Of a stretch of DNA of 64,000 nt, positions 1 through 10,086 are shown one piece after another (positions within the stretch are counted from its first letter, which is position 1; each line of letters starts with the position of its first letter). Origin of the DNA: Escherichia coli (GTDB taxonomy: Bacteria; Pseudomonadota; Gammaproteobacteria; Enterobacterales; Enterobacteriaceae); NCBI RefSeq assembly GCF_002854065.1, contig NZ_CP024153.1; one strand, written 5' to 3'. The position numbers were made by a program, and so were the translations under genes. The notes beneath the pieces were generated by a model, which searched no databases, was not told the DNA's origin, and was given only the letters and a program-made list of their open reading frames with translations.

Positions 1-129
1 GCGATAGACGCCTTCGACGAAGCCGATCCGGACGCAGCGTTCGAGCAGGGACTCGCGGTGATTGTCGATGGATTGGCGAAAAGGAGGCTCGTTGTCAGGA
101 ACGTTGAAGGACCGAGAAAGGGTGACGAT
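1..129 (+). CDS. tetR: TetR(A) tetracycline repressor, 3' end only (5' end lies off-window)
   Basis: Frame 1 translates to ...AIDAFDEADPDAAFEQGLAVIVDGLAKRRLVVRNVEGPRKGDD*, matching the recalled C-terminus of Tn1721 TetR(A); position next to the Tn1721 IR fits. Confidence 0.75.
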
Positions 130-216
130 TGATCAGGACCGCTGCCGGAGCGCAACCCACTCACTACAGCAGAGCCATGTAGACAACATCCCCTCCCCCT
201 TTCCACCGCGTCAGAC

Positions 217-244
217 GCCCGTAGCAGCCCGCTACGGGCTTTTT
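217..244 (+). terminator. Putative rho-independent terminator after tetR (GC stem gcccgtagc/gctacgggc followed by TTTTT)
   Basis: Inverted repeat plus T-run read directly in sequence. Confidence 0.4.
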
Positions 245-430
245 CATGCCCTGCCCTAGCGTCCAAGCCTCACGGCCGCGCTCGGCCTCTCTGGCGGCCT
301 TCTGGCGCTCCTGCTGCGGCGTCCGCTCGTGGGCCGTGGCGCGGGTCCGCGCGCCGGCCTCGTGCGCCTGGCGCTCGCGGGCGAGGTCCAGGGCGGCCGT
401 CTTCACGTTCTGCCTTGCGCAGATGAGATA

Positions 431-468
431 GGGGAGCCCGCAGAATTCGGAAAAAATCGTACGCTAAG
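431..468. repeat. Tn1721/Tn1722 38-bp terminal inverted repeat
   Basis: GGGGAGCCCGCAGAATTCGGAAAAAATCGTACGCTAAG matches the recalled Tn1721 IR; overlaps the tnpA stop. Confidence 0.8.
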
Positions 469-1980
469 GTTTTCCGGGCATCCGTAAGGGCCGAAACTTC
501 CCGTCTTCCAGTCTGCGGCTCTGCCGCCAGACGTAATCGCCGGTTAGGTTGATGTGCTCCCAGCCCAGCGGCGACAGGAATTGCAGCAGCTCGCCGTCCA
601 CCGGCTTGCCGGCCTCGACCAACCCCTGGGTGGCGCGTTCCAGGTACACCGTGTTCCACAGCACGATAGCCGCCGTCACCAGGTTGAGGCCGCTGGCCCG
701 GTAGCGCTGCTGCTCGAAGCTCCGATCCCTGATTTCCCCAAGGCGGTTGAAGAACACCGCCCTGGCCAGCGAGTTGCGCGCCTCACCTTTGTTCAGGCCG
801 GCATGCACGCGGCGGCGCAGTTCAACACTTTGCAGCCAGTCCAGGATGAACAGCGTGCGCTCGATCCGGCCCAGCTCGCGCAGGGCCACGGCCAGTCCGT
901 TCTGGCGCGGGTAGCTGCCGAGCTTGCGCAGCATCAGCGAGGCGGTGACGGTGCCCTGCTTGATCGAGCTGGCCAGGCGCAGGATGTCGTCCCAGTGGGC
1001 ACGCACGTGCTTGATGTTCAGGGTGCCGCCGATCAGCGGGCGCAACGTCGGGTAGGCTTGCACGCCCTGCGGCACGTACAGCTTGGTTTCGCCGAGGTCG
1101 CGGATGCGCGGCGCGAAGCGGAAGCCTAGCAGGTGCATCAGGGCAAAGACGTGATCGGTGAAGCCGGCCGTGTCGGTGTAGTGCTCCTCGATCCGCAGGT
1201 CGGACTCGTGGTACAGCAGGCCGTCGAGCACATAGGTGGAATCGCGGACGCCGACATTCACCACGCGGGTGCTGAACGGCGCGTACTGGTCGGAGATATG
1301 GGTATAGAACAGCCGTCCCGGCTCGCTACCGTACTTCGGGTTGACGTGCCCGGTGCTCTCGCCCCGGCCACCCGCGCGGAAGCGCTGGCCATCGGAGGAT
1401 GAGGTCGTGCCGTCGCCCCAGTGGGCGGCAAAGGCGTGGCGATACTGGTGGTTGACCAGCTCGGCCAAGGCCGCCGAATAGGTTTCGTCGCGGATGTGCC
1501 AGGCTTGCAGCCAGGACAGCTTGGCGTAGGTCAGGCCGGGGCTCGACTCGGCCATCTTGGTCAGCCCGAGGTTGATCGCATCACCGAGGATTGCGGACAG
1601 CAGCAACGTCCTGTCTTTGGCCTCGGCCCCGTCCTTCAAGTGGGTGAAGTGGCGGCTGAAGCCCGTCCAGTCGTCCACGTCCATCAGCAGTTCGGTGATC
1701 TTGATGCGCGGCAGTAACTGGCTGGTTTGGTCGATCAGCGCCTGCGCCCGATCCGGCACCGCCGCATCCAGCGGGGTGATTTTCAGCCCTGACTCGGTGA
1801 GGATGGCATCGGGCAGCTCGTTGTCCTTGGCCAGGCGGGTGACGGTGGCCAACTGCTCGTCCAGCAGCTGCAAACGCTCTTCCAGGTACTGGTCGCTGTT
1901 CGGGTTGATCGCCAGGGGCAGGGCCTGCTCGCGCTTGAGTGCGGCGAACTTCTCGGCCGGCAGCAGGTAGTCGTCGAAGT
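464..1980 (-). pseudogene. tnpA: Tn3-family (Tn1721-like) transposase TnpA, C-terminal ~505 aa retained; 5' end removed by IS26
   Basis: 529-aa ORF whose first 24 residues are read-through from the IS26 end; remainder has Tn3-family TnpA C-terminal character and ends at the Tn1721 IR. Confidence 0.85.
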
Positions 1981-2800
1981 GGCACTGTTGCAAATAGTCG
2001 GTGGTGATAAACTTATCATCCCCTTTTGCTGATGGAGCTGCACATGAACCCATTCAAAGGCCGGCATTTTCAGCGTGACATCATTCTGTGGGCCGTACGC
2101 TGGTACTGCAAATACGGCATCAGTTACCGTGAGCTGCAGGAGATGCTGGCTGAACGCGGAGTGAATGTCGATCACTCCACGATTTACCGCTGGGTTCAGC
2201 GTTATGCGCCTGAAATGGAAAAACGGCTGCGCTGGTACTGGCGTAACCCTTCCGATCTTTGCCCGTGGCACATGGATGAAACCTACGTGAAGGTCAATGG
2301 CCGCTGGGCGTATCTGTACCGGGCCGTCGACAGCCGGGGCCGCACTGTCGATTTTTATCTCTCCTCCCGTCGTAACAGCAAAGCTGCATACCGGTTTCTG
2401 GGTAAAATCCTCAACAACGTGAAGAAGTGGCAGATCCCGCGATTCATCAACACGGATAAAGCGCCCGCCTATGGTCGCGCGCTTGCTCTGCTCAAACGCG
2501 AAGGCCGGTGCCCGTCTGACGTTGAACACCGACAGATTAAGTACCGGAACAACGTGATTGAATGCGATCATGGCAAACTGAAACGGATAATCGGCGCCAC
2601 GCTGGGATTTAAATCCATGAAGACGGCTTACGCCACCATCAAAGGTATTGAGGTGATGCGTGCACTACGCAAAGGCCAGGCCTCAGCATTTTATTATGGT
2701 GATCCCCTGGGCGAAATGCGCCTGGTAAGCAGAGTTTTTGAAATGTAAGGCCTTTGAATAAGACAAAAGGCTGCCTCATCGCTAACTTTGCAACAGTGCC
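1981..2800 (+). mobile_element. IS26 copy 1 (820 bp, IS6 family)
   Basis: Terminal repeats GGCACTGTTGCAAA at both ends; 240-aa Tnp26 ORF; no 8-bp target duplication. Confidence 0.95.
2026..2748 (+). CDS. tnpA: IS26 transposase Tnp26 (Gly184 form: ...[14 protein letters not shown]...)
   Basis: 240 aa beginning [31 protein letters not shown] after the MLMELH leader. Confidence 0.95.
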   Translation: MLMELHMNPFKGRHFQRDIILWAVRWYCKYGISYRELQEMLAERGVNVDHSTIYRWVQRYAPEMEKRLRWYWRNPSDLCPWHMDETYVKVNGRWAYLYRAVDSRGRTVDFYLSSRRNSKAAYRFLGKILNNVKKWQIPRFINTDKAPAYGRALALLKREGRCPSDVEHRQIKYRNNVIECDHGKLKRIIGATLGFKSMKTAYATIKGIEVMRALRKGQASAFYYGDPLGEMRLVSRVFEM

Positions 2801-3254
2801 ATTTTTCCCGATTCGACTTATTCGGGCGCTCCCCTGGCTCAAATGTGATTTCTCCATCCTCAACAGAGATCCCAGCCAGCCCCATGATAGAAAGATCCCC
2901 GGCCATTTCATCGGTGGTGCCGTTGGCGATTGCTGCCATCAGCTTTTCACGACTGGGGAAGCGATCCATCCAACTGATCCGATAGTCATCCGTCATCAGG
3001 CTTTCATATGCTTCCAAGAAGCGCCCGCCCTCAATGGCATAATCCGCCATCTTGTCGCCGGTTCGTGCTCCACCAGGTGCGCCGGTGCTGCTTGGCATTA
3101 GTCCGATAGCTTCCATGAAGTCGGCCCATTCCTTGTTGTGATAGCCACGCCGCCCAGGCTTGCCGAAATGGTGCTGCCATAGGTGGCACATTTCGTGGCA
3201 AAGCGTTTGCATAATTTCTTCGGGGGGGCATACGGCGAAGTAAGCCGGATTCAT
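2801..3254 (-). pseudogene. SprT-like zinc metalloprotease (HExxH) gene fragment, truncated by IS26; possibly mpR-like
   Basis: ORF contains HEMCHLWQHH zinc-binding motif near its start and reads into the IS26 end. Confidence 0.55.
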
Positions 3255-3350
3255 GGCGATTTCGTCCGTCCGGGTTCCTTGGGAGTTAACGAACCTCTCC
3301 GGGCTGAAATAGCCATAGGTTTGTTTTTCTCGTTGGAGGTGTAGGAGAGG

Positions 3351-3490
3351 AATAAAGTTTCATACTAAGCAGTCAAGTAACCCTGTTTGTACCGTTCTAA
3401 ATGATACTCACCCAGAAATAAAGATTCATACTAATTCCTACTACAAAATCTGAGTCACGCTACAACTGAGTAATAAAGTATCATACTGGT
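3351..3490. repeat. Three direct repeats AATAAAGNNTCATACTR (starting at 3351, 3418 and 3473) downstream of qnrS
   Basis: Read directly in sequence; spacing 67 and 55 bp. Confidence 0.6.
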
Positions 3491-3636
3491 TGTCTTGAGC
3501 ATCCACAGATTGATTGGCCCCATTCAAACACGTTTCTGGACAAGAATGAGCTAGAAGTATTGATCTAGCTCTGGTGATTTGAATTAGAAAATGTATTAAT
3601 GTTGTGTATAGTTTATCAGCAGGTATTCGTAAGCAT

Positions 3637-4293
3637 CTAGTCAGGAAAAACAACAATACCCAACGCTTCGAGAAGCTGTTCTTGTTGCCAGCTGGCAATT
3701 TTGATACCTGATGTATCGACTTTTCGAGGATCTAAACCGTCGAGTTCGGCGTGACATAAATTAGCACCCTGTAGGCTAAACTGTCCCCAGACATCTTCAG
3801 AAAAAACACCTCGACTTAAGTCTGACTCTTTCAGTGATGCGCCCGCGAGGTGAGTCCCTATCCAGCGATTTTCAAACAGCTCACATTTTTCTAAACAGAC
3901 CCGCTCCATATTGGCATAAGACAGGTTACATCCAGTAATAAAGGCTGAGCAAAAGTACATACGATTACTCACTTGATTGGCAAAGTTTGCTCGGGAAAAG
4001 TTGGCCCCTTTTAAATCACACTCACGTAACTCAATACCGTAGCAATTGGCGTTACTAAAGTTTGCCATCGCAAGCTGGCATTGTTGGAAACTTGCATCGC
4101 GAAGGTCTGCGACATCAAAATGGCAACCTTCGATATCACCCTGTTCAATGAACTTGCAGTTAATAAATGTCGCATCACGCAAGTTAGCACGTCGAAAATC
4201 GCATCGGATAAAGGTGCAAGCAGTGAAAGTAATATCACTTAGATCTTGATGTGAAAAACTGTGGTGTCGATATGTGTGACGGTAGGTTTCCAT
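3637..4293 (-). CDS. qnrS: Qnr pentapeptide-repeat quinolone-resistance protein, QnrS family (closest to recalled QnrS2)
   Basis: 218 aa, METYRHTYRHHSFSHQDLSDITFTACTFIRCDFRRANLRD... with tandem pentapeptide repeats and C-terminal ...LEALGIVVFPD. Confidence 0.9.
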   Translation of the reverse strand: METYRHTYRHHSFSHQDLSDITFTACTFIRCDFRRANLRDATFINCKFIEQGDIEGCHFDVADLRDASFQQCQLAMANFSNANCYGIELRECDLKGANFSRANFANQVSNRMYFCSAFITGCNLSYANMERVCLEKCELFENRWIGTHLAGASLKESDLSRGVFSEDVWGQFSLQGANLCHAELDGLDPRKVDTSGIKIASWQQEQLLEALGIVVFPD

Positions 4294-4460
4294 GTTGACT
4301 CCTATGATGAACTGGACGCAACACTACCATCAAAGCCACATCACATCACCAAAATAAAAACACTAAAAATCAAGATCTTAAAAACCCTCATTTTGCCTAT
4401 TTTAAGGGGGTAAAATAGCGCCCTGAGCCTCTATGTTAACGTTCAAAGTACGCGGCACCA

Positions 4461-5093
4461 TTGAAAAAAGTTATCCGCTTAAAAAGCCACAGAGAAAAGG
4501 AACCCAATAGATTACTGATGTCCGCCATGTTGGTTTCATCTAGTGCCCTGCTCCGTGTATTGGATTGCACAATCTATAACCATTATGCGGCAGCCTTTTG
4601 GATTGCACAATCCAAAGTTAGGGGAAGCCGACGAGCCAGGGAGCCCCGCGACCTGGTGAGCCTGGCCGAAGGCCAAAAGCCACTGCAAAACCGAAAAATT
4701 TCGTACGTACGAAAAAACATGGGGGGGTTAGAACTAGGGCAGGAAGAAGGTACATTACATAAATTAGCAAGTAGGTTAGGAATTTCATATCCCACCGCCG
4801 TTAGTTGGACTACCGACATAGGAATAAAGCTAAATCGGCAAGGCTATAATAGCCCCTCTCACGACTTTACAAATCTACAATGCCGCCATGCCAGGGAATT
4901 TCTAAAAATGACCAGGGATGATTTCTGCTCGTTATCCAAAGTAAGCAAAACAGCTCTAAGGGAATTTGAATTAGGGAAGGCCAATATCAGGAGAGAGACG
5001 GCTAATAAAATATTGGCCGCTTTTGAGGTGATGGGGATCAGGTTCAATGCTGATGGCACCTTTTCACATGGCCAAAGCACCCCCCGCGATTGA
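4461..5093 (+). CDS. Hypothetical HTH (XRE-like) DNA-binding protein; true start probably internal (about 4719)
   Basis: C-terminal ~90 aa resemble an HTH_XRE domain; the N-terminal 86 aa of the ORF are low-complexity and probably not coding. Confidence 0.4.
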   Translation: MKKVIRLKSHREKEPNRLLMSAMLVSSSALLRVLDCTIYNHYAAAFWIAQSKVRGSRRAREPRDLVSLAEGQKPLQNRKISYVRKNMGGLELGQEEGTLHKLASRLGISYPTAVSWTTDIGIKLNRQGYNSPSHDFTNLQCRHAREFLKMTRDDFCSLSKVSKTALREFELGKANIRRETANKILAAFEVMGIRFNADGTFSHGQSTPRD

Positions 5094-5157
5094 CTGCGCA
5101 ACCTGCTTTTTTATGTTAAATGGCAGTGCGAGAAGTGAGCTATGATGCGGCTTTCAG

Positions 5158-5343
5158 CTAGGTATCAGATGGCGACAATCTCGCCAATGCTGCGTTTAAA
5201 GTCGGCCTAGACACACCAAAGTGTTTTGCAACTTCAGCTTTCGTTATCTCTACATCCGACAGCATGGCCCTTGCCTTCCTGGCGTCTTCATCTGACATGG
5301 CCAAGGGTCGCCCACCGCGTCGCCCTCTTGCCCTTGCTGCCTC
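5158..5343 (-). pseudogene. Serine recombinase (resolvase/invertase) 3' fragment with C-terminal HTH, truncated by IS26
   Basis: Protein tail ...GRRGGRPLAMSDEDARKARAMLSDVEITKAEVAKHFGVSRPTLNAALARL resembles a resolvase C-terminal DNA-binding domain; upstream part replaced by IS26. Confidence 0.55.
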
Positions 5344-6163
5344 GGCACTGTTGCAAATAGTCGGTGGTGATAAACTTATCATCCCCTTTTGCTGATGGAG
5401 CTGCACATGAACCCATTCAAAGGCCGGCATTTTCAGCGTGACATCATTCTGTGGGCCGTACGCTGGTACTGCAAATACGGCATCAGTTACCGTGAGCTGC
5501 AGGAGATGCTGGCTGAACGCGGAGTGAATGTCGATCACTCCACGATTTACCGCTGGGTTCAGCGTTATGCGCCTGAAATGGAAAAACGGCTGCGCTGGTA
5601 CTGGCGTAACCCTTCCGATCTTTGCCCGTGGCACATGGATGAAACCTACGTGAAGGTCAATGGCCGCTGGGCGTATCTGTACCGGGCCGTCGACAGCCGG
5701 GGCCGCACTGTCGATTTTTATCTCTCCTCCCGTCGTAACAGCAAAGCTGCATACCGGTTTCTGGGTAAAATCCTCAACAACGTGAAGAAGTGGCAGATCC
5801 CGCGATTCATCAACACGGATAAAGCGCCCGCCTATGGTCGCGCGCTTGCTCTGCTCAAACGCGAAGGCCGGTGCCCGTCTGACGTTGAACACCGACAGAT
5901 TAAGTACCGGAACAACGTGATTGAATGCGATCATGGCAAACTGAAACGGATAATCGGCGCCACGCTGGGATTTAAATCCATGAAGACGGCTTACGCCACC
6001 ATCAAAGGTATTGAGGTGATGCGTGCACTACGCAAAGGCCAGGCCTCAGCATTTTATTATGGTGATCCCCTGGGCGAAATGCGCCTGGTAAGCAGAGTTT
6101 TTGAAATGTAAGGCCTTTGAATAAGACAAAAGGCTGCCTCATCGCTAACTTTGCAACAGTGCC
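5344..6163 (+). mobile_element. IS26 copy 2
   Basis: Identical to copy 1 including terminal repeats. Confidence 0.95.
5389..6111 (+). CDS. tnpA: IS26 transposase Tnp26 (Gly184 form)
   Basis: Identical 240-aa ORF. Confidence 0.95.
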   Translation: MLMELHMNPFKGRHFQRDIILWAVRWYCKYGISYRELQEMLAERGVNVDHSTIYRWVQRYAPEMEKRLRWYWRNPSDLCPWHMDETYVKVNGRWAYLYRAVDSRGRTVDFYLSSRRNSKAAYRFLGKILNNVKKWQIPRFINTDKAPAYGRALALLKREGRCPSDVEHRQIKYRNNVIECDHGKLKRIIGATLGFKSMKTAYATIKGIEVMRALRKGQASAFYYGDPLGEMRLVSRVFEM

Positions 6164-6409
6164 GTCGATTGAAACACGGTGCATCTGATCGGACAGGGCG
6201 TCTAAGAGCGGCGCAATACGTCTGATCTCATCGGCCGGCGATACAGGCCTCGCGTCCGGATGGCTGGCGGCCGGTCCGACATCCACGACGTCTGATCCGA
6301 CTCGCAGCATTTCGATCGCCGCGGTGACAGCGCCGGCGGGGTCTAGCCGCCGGCTCTCATCGAAGAAGGAGTCCTCGGTGAGATTCAGAATGCCGAACAC
6401 CGTCACCAT
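6164..6409 (-). pseudogene. sul1: sul1 dihydropteroate synthase, first ~82 codons only; truncated by IS26
   Basis: [82 protein letters not shown] then IS26. Confidence 0.9.
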
Positions 6410-6750
6410 GGCGTCGGCCTCCGCAGCGACTTCCACGATGGGGATCGGGCGAGCAAAAAGGCAGCAATTATGAGCCCCATACCTACAAAGCCCCACGCAT
6501 CAAGCTTTTGCCCATGAAGCAACCAGGCAATGGCTGTAATTATGACGACGCCGAGTCCCGACCAGACTGCATAAGCAACACCGACAGGGATGGATTTCAG
6601 AACCAGAGAAAGAAAATAAAATGCGATGCCATAACCGATTATGACAACGGCGGAAGGGGCAAGCTTAGTAAAGCCCTCGCTAGATTTTAATGCGGATGTT
6701 GCGATTACTTCGCCAACTATTGCGATAACAAGAAAAAGCCAGCCTTTCAT
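6403..6750 (-). CDS. qacEdelta1: QacEdelta1 small multidrug-resistance efflux protein (class 1 integron 3'-CS)
   Basis: 115 aa [81 protein letters not shown]... Confidence 0.9.
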   Translation of the reverse strand: MKGWLFLVIAIVGEVIATSALKSSEGFTKLAPSAVVIIGYGIAFYFLSLVLKSIPVGVAYAVWSGLGVVIITAIAWLLHGQKLDAWGFVGMGLIIAAFLLARSPSWKSLRRPTPW

Positions 6751-6972
6751 GATATATCTCCCAATTTGTGTAGGGCTTATTATGCACGCTTAAAAATAAT
6801 AAAAGCAGACTTGACCTGATAGTTTGGCTGTGAGCAATTATGTGCTTAGTGCATCTAACGCCGCCATAAACGGCGACAGGGTGGCGCGCCTATTGCGCAT
6901 AAAATGGCGAAGCCATGCGCAACAGGCGCGGAATCTCTGGCGTCCGGTTTGATGGCTTTGTTATGCAAAGGA

Positions 6973-7425
6973 CTAGTCTTCAATGACGTGTAAACCACGG
7001 CGCTTTAAGTCCTCCAACGAATCCAACATTCCCCTTATTAATTCAACAGGATGCCCCTCCCAGTCTTCAACAACGCCAACAATTCTCAAGGGTTCGCAGG
7101 TTCTATAGGACTGTGTTGGATTACCGGGAAATCTTTTGTTCGTAAGATTCGGATCGTCTTCGAACGGTCCTGTTGGCTCAACTATGTATATGTAGCCGCG
7201 ACCCTCGAGGCCAGACAGTGACATAGCAAGTTCAGCTCCCCAAACTGCTGGCTCCATCAAGGCTGAAAAGTAGATGTGCTTAAGAATACGACCGTCCTCG
7301 AAATGAGAGATGAACCCTGTGGTTAGCAAGTCACCAATCGCCAAATTGGCTTTGGTTCCATGATAGAACGGTCCTTGAACCTGCTTGTAATTATCATGAG
7401 AGATGGGAATCCAATCTTTTACCAT
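6973..7425 (-). CDS. arr-3: Arr-3 rifampin ADP-ribosyltransferase (integron cassette)
   Basis: 150 aa MVKDWIPISHDNYKQVQGPFYHGTKANLAIGDLLTTGF... Confidence 0.9.
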   Translation of the reverse strand: MVKDWIPISHDNYKQVQGPFYHGTKANLAIGDLLTTGFISHFEDGRILKHIYFSALMEPAVWGAELAMSLSGLEGRGYIYIVEPTGPFEDDPNLTNKRFPGNPTQSYRTCEPLRIVGVVEDWEGHPVELIRGMLDSLEDLKRRGLHVIED

Positions 7426-7509
7426 TTTAAGACCCTTAATTGTTGGGATTTGGCTGCATAACGCCTGAAATAAGCCGTGCCGCGAAGCGGCATCGGCTTG
7501 ATTGAATTG

Positions 7510-8142
7510 TTAGACGGCAAACTCGAGCCAATACTTGTGCAGGCCAACAATATTAGACGAGCACAGCATGGGCATTGCCGCTTTGATCTTCTCCAGTGAC
7601 CAATTCCACCACTCCATCTCCAGAAGCAATGAAATTTCCTCATCGGTGAAGCGTTTCTTAATCTTCTTAGCGGGATTGCCGCCAACGATAGCGTAAGGCT
7701 CCACATCTTTTGTCACCAACGAGCGGCTGCCTATCACCGCACCGTGCCCGATCTTGATTCCGGGCATGACCATTGCCTCAGAGCCGATCCAAACGTCATT
7801 GCCAATGACAGTATTACCTGCTTTTTGGAAGGCATCGAGTGCGCTTGAGAATGCAGGTTCTTCCTGCATATAAAAGAACGGGAAAGATGATGCCCAGTCG
7901 TACCGATGCCCCTGATTGCCAGCCATGATAAAGGAAGCCCCACTCCCGATAGAGCAGAAACTACCGATGATCAACTTATCAACGTCATCACGGTCCGGAA
8001 ACAGATACCGTGCGCAGTCATCGAATGAGTGCCCATGATAGTAGCCAGAGTAATAGCTGTACCGCCCAACTTTGATATTGGGGTTCTTCACTTGCTCAGA
8101 AAGCAGCTTGCCTTTGAAGGGGCTATCAAAGTAGTTGGTCAT
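7510..8142 (-). CDS. catB3: CatB3 xenobiotic (chloramphenicol) acetyltransferase, full length (integron cassette)
   Basis: 210 aa [42 protein letters not shown]... with hexapeptide-repeat acetyltransferase character. Confidence 0.9.
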   Translation of the reverse strand: MTNYFDSPFKGKLLSEQVKNPNIKVGRYSYYSGYYHGHSFDDCARYLFPDRDDVDKLIIGSFCSIGSGASFIMAGNQGHRYDWASSFPFFYMQEEPAFSSALDAFQKAGNTVIGNDVWIGSEAMVMPGIKIGHGAVIGSRSLVTKDVEPYAIVGGNPAKKIKKRFTDEEISLLLEMEWWNWSLEKIKAAMPMLCSSNIVGLHKYWLEFAV

Positions 8143-8279
8143 AAGAGATCCCGCGGTCTGTGACTTTGCCGTCTAACGTTTGAAATAAGGGGCGCCGAGC
8201 GCCAGCGAGGGGAGCCAAAAGCTTGCTTTTGGCCGTCCCGACTTGATTGAAGGGTTGGGCGATTTTGCCATTAGATTTT

Positions 8280-9110
8280 TTATAAATTTAGTGTGTTTAG
8301 AATGGTGATCGCATTTTTCTTGGCTTTTATGCTTGATGTTAAATTCGACCCCAAGTTTCCTGTAAGTGCGGACACAAAAACATATTTATGTCCTGATTTG
8401 CTTATAATAAACCCTTCAAACCATCCGTTTTGTAAGGTTCTATTTGCTGTGAATCCTGCACCAGTTTTCCCATACAGTTTTGTACTATTATCCAGATCTT
8501 GTAGATACATGTTCTCTATGGTGTTTTCTATGGCTGAGTTTTTAACTGGGAGATTGTGATTAATAATTTTACGCAGGAATTGAATTTGTTCTTCTGGTGA
8601 AATTTTTAAGCTACTTTCGAGCCATGCTTCTGTTAATCCGTTGTTTCTTTCTTTATCTCCAGAGAAGTCTTGATTTCCATAATCAAAATCTTTGAGATAA
8701 TTCTTGATTTTATTTAATCCAATTTTTTGGGTTATTTCTTGCGAAACCCAAACAACAGAAAATTGCATCCACGTCTTTGGTGTATGATTGCTGTTCCAGA
8801 TCTCCATTCCTTTGGGGGTTTTATCCCATTTGAATATGGTTTTCTGATCTATTATTTCCGCATCAAATGCCATAAGTGATAATGCGATCTTGAAAGTTGA
8901 ATCTGGTGCCATTTGCGTTGCACACTTTGCTTTATTGAATTGAGCAATTTCAGCGTTTGTGGATGCATCGTAAAGTAAAAAACAACCTTCAGTTCCTTCA
9001 AATAATGGAGATGCAACAGTAGAGATATCTGTTGATGCACTGGCGCTGCTGTAGATAATATTTGCAATTATTAAAAAAATAGCGAAGTTGATATGTATTG
9101 TGTTTTTCAT
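8280..9110 (-). CDS. blaOXA-1: OXA-1 class D beta-lactamase (integron cassette)
   Basis: 276 aa from internal start MKNTIHINFAIFLIIANIIYSSASASTDISTV...; STFK active-site motif present; the ORF track extends 15 codons upstream. Confidence 0.93.
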   Translation of the reverse strand: MKNTIHINFAIFLIIANIIYSSASASTDISTVASPLFEGTEGCFLLYDASTNAEIAQFNKAKCATQMAPDSTFKIALSLMAFDAEIIDQKTIFKWDKTPKGMEIWNSNHTPKTWMQFSVVWVSQEITQKIGLNKIKNYLKDFDYGNQDFSGDKERNNGLTEAWLESSLKISPEEQIQFLRKIINHNLPVKNSAIENTIENMYLQDLDNSTKLYGKTGAGFTANRTLQNGWFEGFIISKSGHKYVFVSALTGNLGSNLTSSIKAKKNAITILNTLNL

Positions 9111-9240
9111 AATAAGTATTGGTTTGGTAAAGGGCTTAATTTTAACGGCTAACAATTAATGAGGCTCCGGGTTCGCCCAACGTTTGACATGAGGGGCGGC
9201 CAAGGGCGCCAGCCCTTGGACGTCCCCCTCGATGGAAGGG

Positions 9241-9840
9241 TTAGGCATCACTGCGTGTTCGCTCGAATGCCTGGCGTGTTTGAACCATGTACACGGCTGG
9301 ACCATATGGGGTGGTTACGGTACCTTGCCTCTCAAACCCCGCTTTCTCGTAGCATCGGATCGCTCGCAAGTTGCTCGGCGACGGGTCCGTTTGGATCTTG
9401 GTGACCTCGGGATCATTGAACAGCAACTCAACCAGAGCTCGAACCAGCTTGGTTCCCAAGCCTTTGCCCAGTTGTGATGCATTCGCCAGTAACTGGTCTA
9501 TTCCGCGTACTCCTGGATCGGTTTCTTCTTCCCACCGTCCGTCCCCGCTTCCAAGAGCAACGTACGACTGGGCATACCCAATCGGCTCTCCATTCAGCAT
9601 TGCAATGTATGGAGTGACGGACTCTTGCGCTAAAACGCTTGGCAAGTACTGTTCCTGTACGTCAGCAAGTGTCGGGCGTGCTTCTTCTCCGCCCCACCAC
9701 TCGACGATATGAGATCGATTTAGCCACTCATAGAGCATCGCAAGGTCATGCTCAGTCATGAGGCGCAGTGTGACGGAATCGTTGCTGTTGGTCACGATGC
9801 TGTACTTTGTGATGCCTAACTTTGTTTTTGCGTTGCTCAT
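9241..9840 (-). CDS. aac(6')-Ib-cr: AAC(6')-Ib-cr aminoglycoside/fluoroquinolone acetyltransferase (Trp-to-Arg and Asp-to-Tyr variant); alternative GTG start at 9879
   Basis: ...[28 protein letters not shown]... and ...[15 protein letters not shown]... carry both -cr-defining substitutions. Confidence 0.9.
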   Translation of the reverse strand: MSNAKTKLGITKYSIVTNSNDSVTLRLMTEHDLAMLYEWLNRSHIVEWWGGEEARPTLADVQEQYLPSVLAQESVTPYIAMLNGEPIGYAQSYVALGSGDGRWEEETDPGVRGIDQLLANASQLGKGLGTKLVRALVELLFNDPEVTKIQTDPSPSNLRAIRCYEKAGFERQGTVTTPYGPAVYMVQTRQAFERTRSDA

Positions 9841-9958
9841 GATGTCTAACTCCCAATTTGTGTAGGGCTTATTATGCACGCTTAAAAATAATAAAAGCAG
9901 ACTTGACCTGATAGTTTGGCTGTGAGCAATTATGTGCTTAGTGCATCTAACTTTGTTT

Positions 9959-10023
9959 TAGGGCGACTGCCCTGCTGCGTAACATCGTTGCTGCTCCATA
10001 ACATCAAACATCGACCCACGGCG
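9959..10023 (-). other. attI1 recombination site of integron A (approximate)
   Basis: 5'-CS sequence ...GCCCTAAAACAAAG/TTAG... junction with the first cassette. Confidence 0.5.
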
Positions 10024-10086
10024 TAACGCGCTTGCTGCTTGGATGCCCGAGGCATAGACTGTACAAAAAAACAGTCATAACAAGCC

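Noticed and set aside
62-659. ORFs 62-259, 164-406, 246-431 and 270-659 in the GC-rich spacer between tetR and the Tn1721 IR
   Set aside because: Overlapping, Arg/Ala-rich, no ribosome-binding sites; typical GC-rich non-coding artefacts. Only the tetR 3' end (1-129) is supported.
1783-2571. 262-aa ORF antisense to IS26 tnpA (same ORF recurs antisense to every IS26 copy, e.g. 5158-5934, 10580-11359, 20831-21427, 27344-28048, 33405-34064)
   Set aside because: Well-known spurious antisense ORF of IS26; the only unique parts are read-through into flanking genes, which I annotated as truncated tnpA and resolvase fragments instead.
4461-4718. N-terminal 86 codons of ORF 4461-5093
   Set aside because: Low-complexity sequence without RBS; only the C-terminal HTH portion looks like a real domain.
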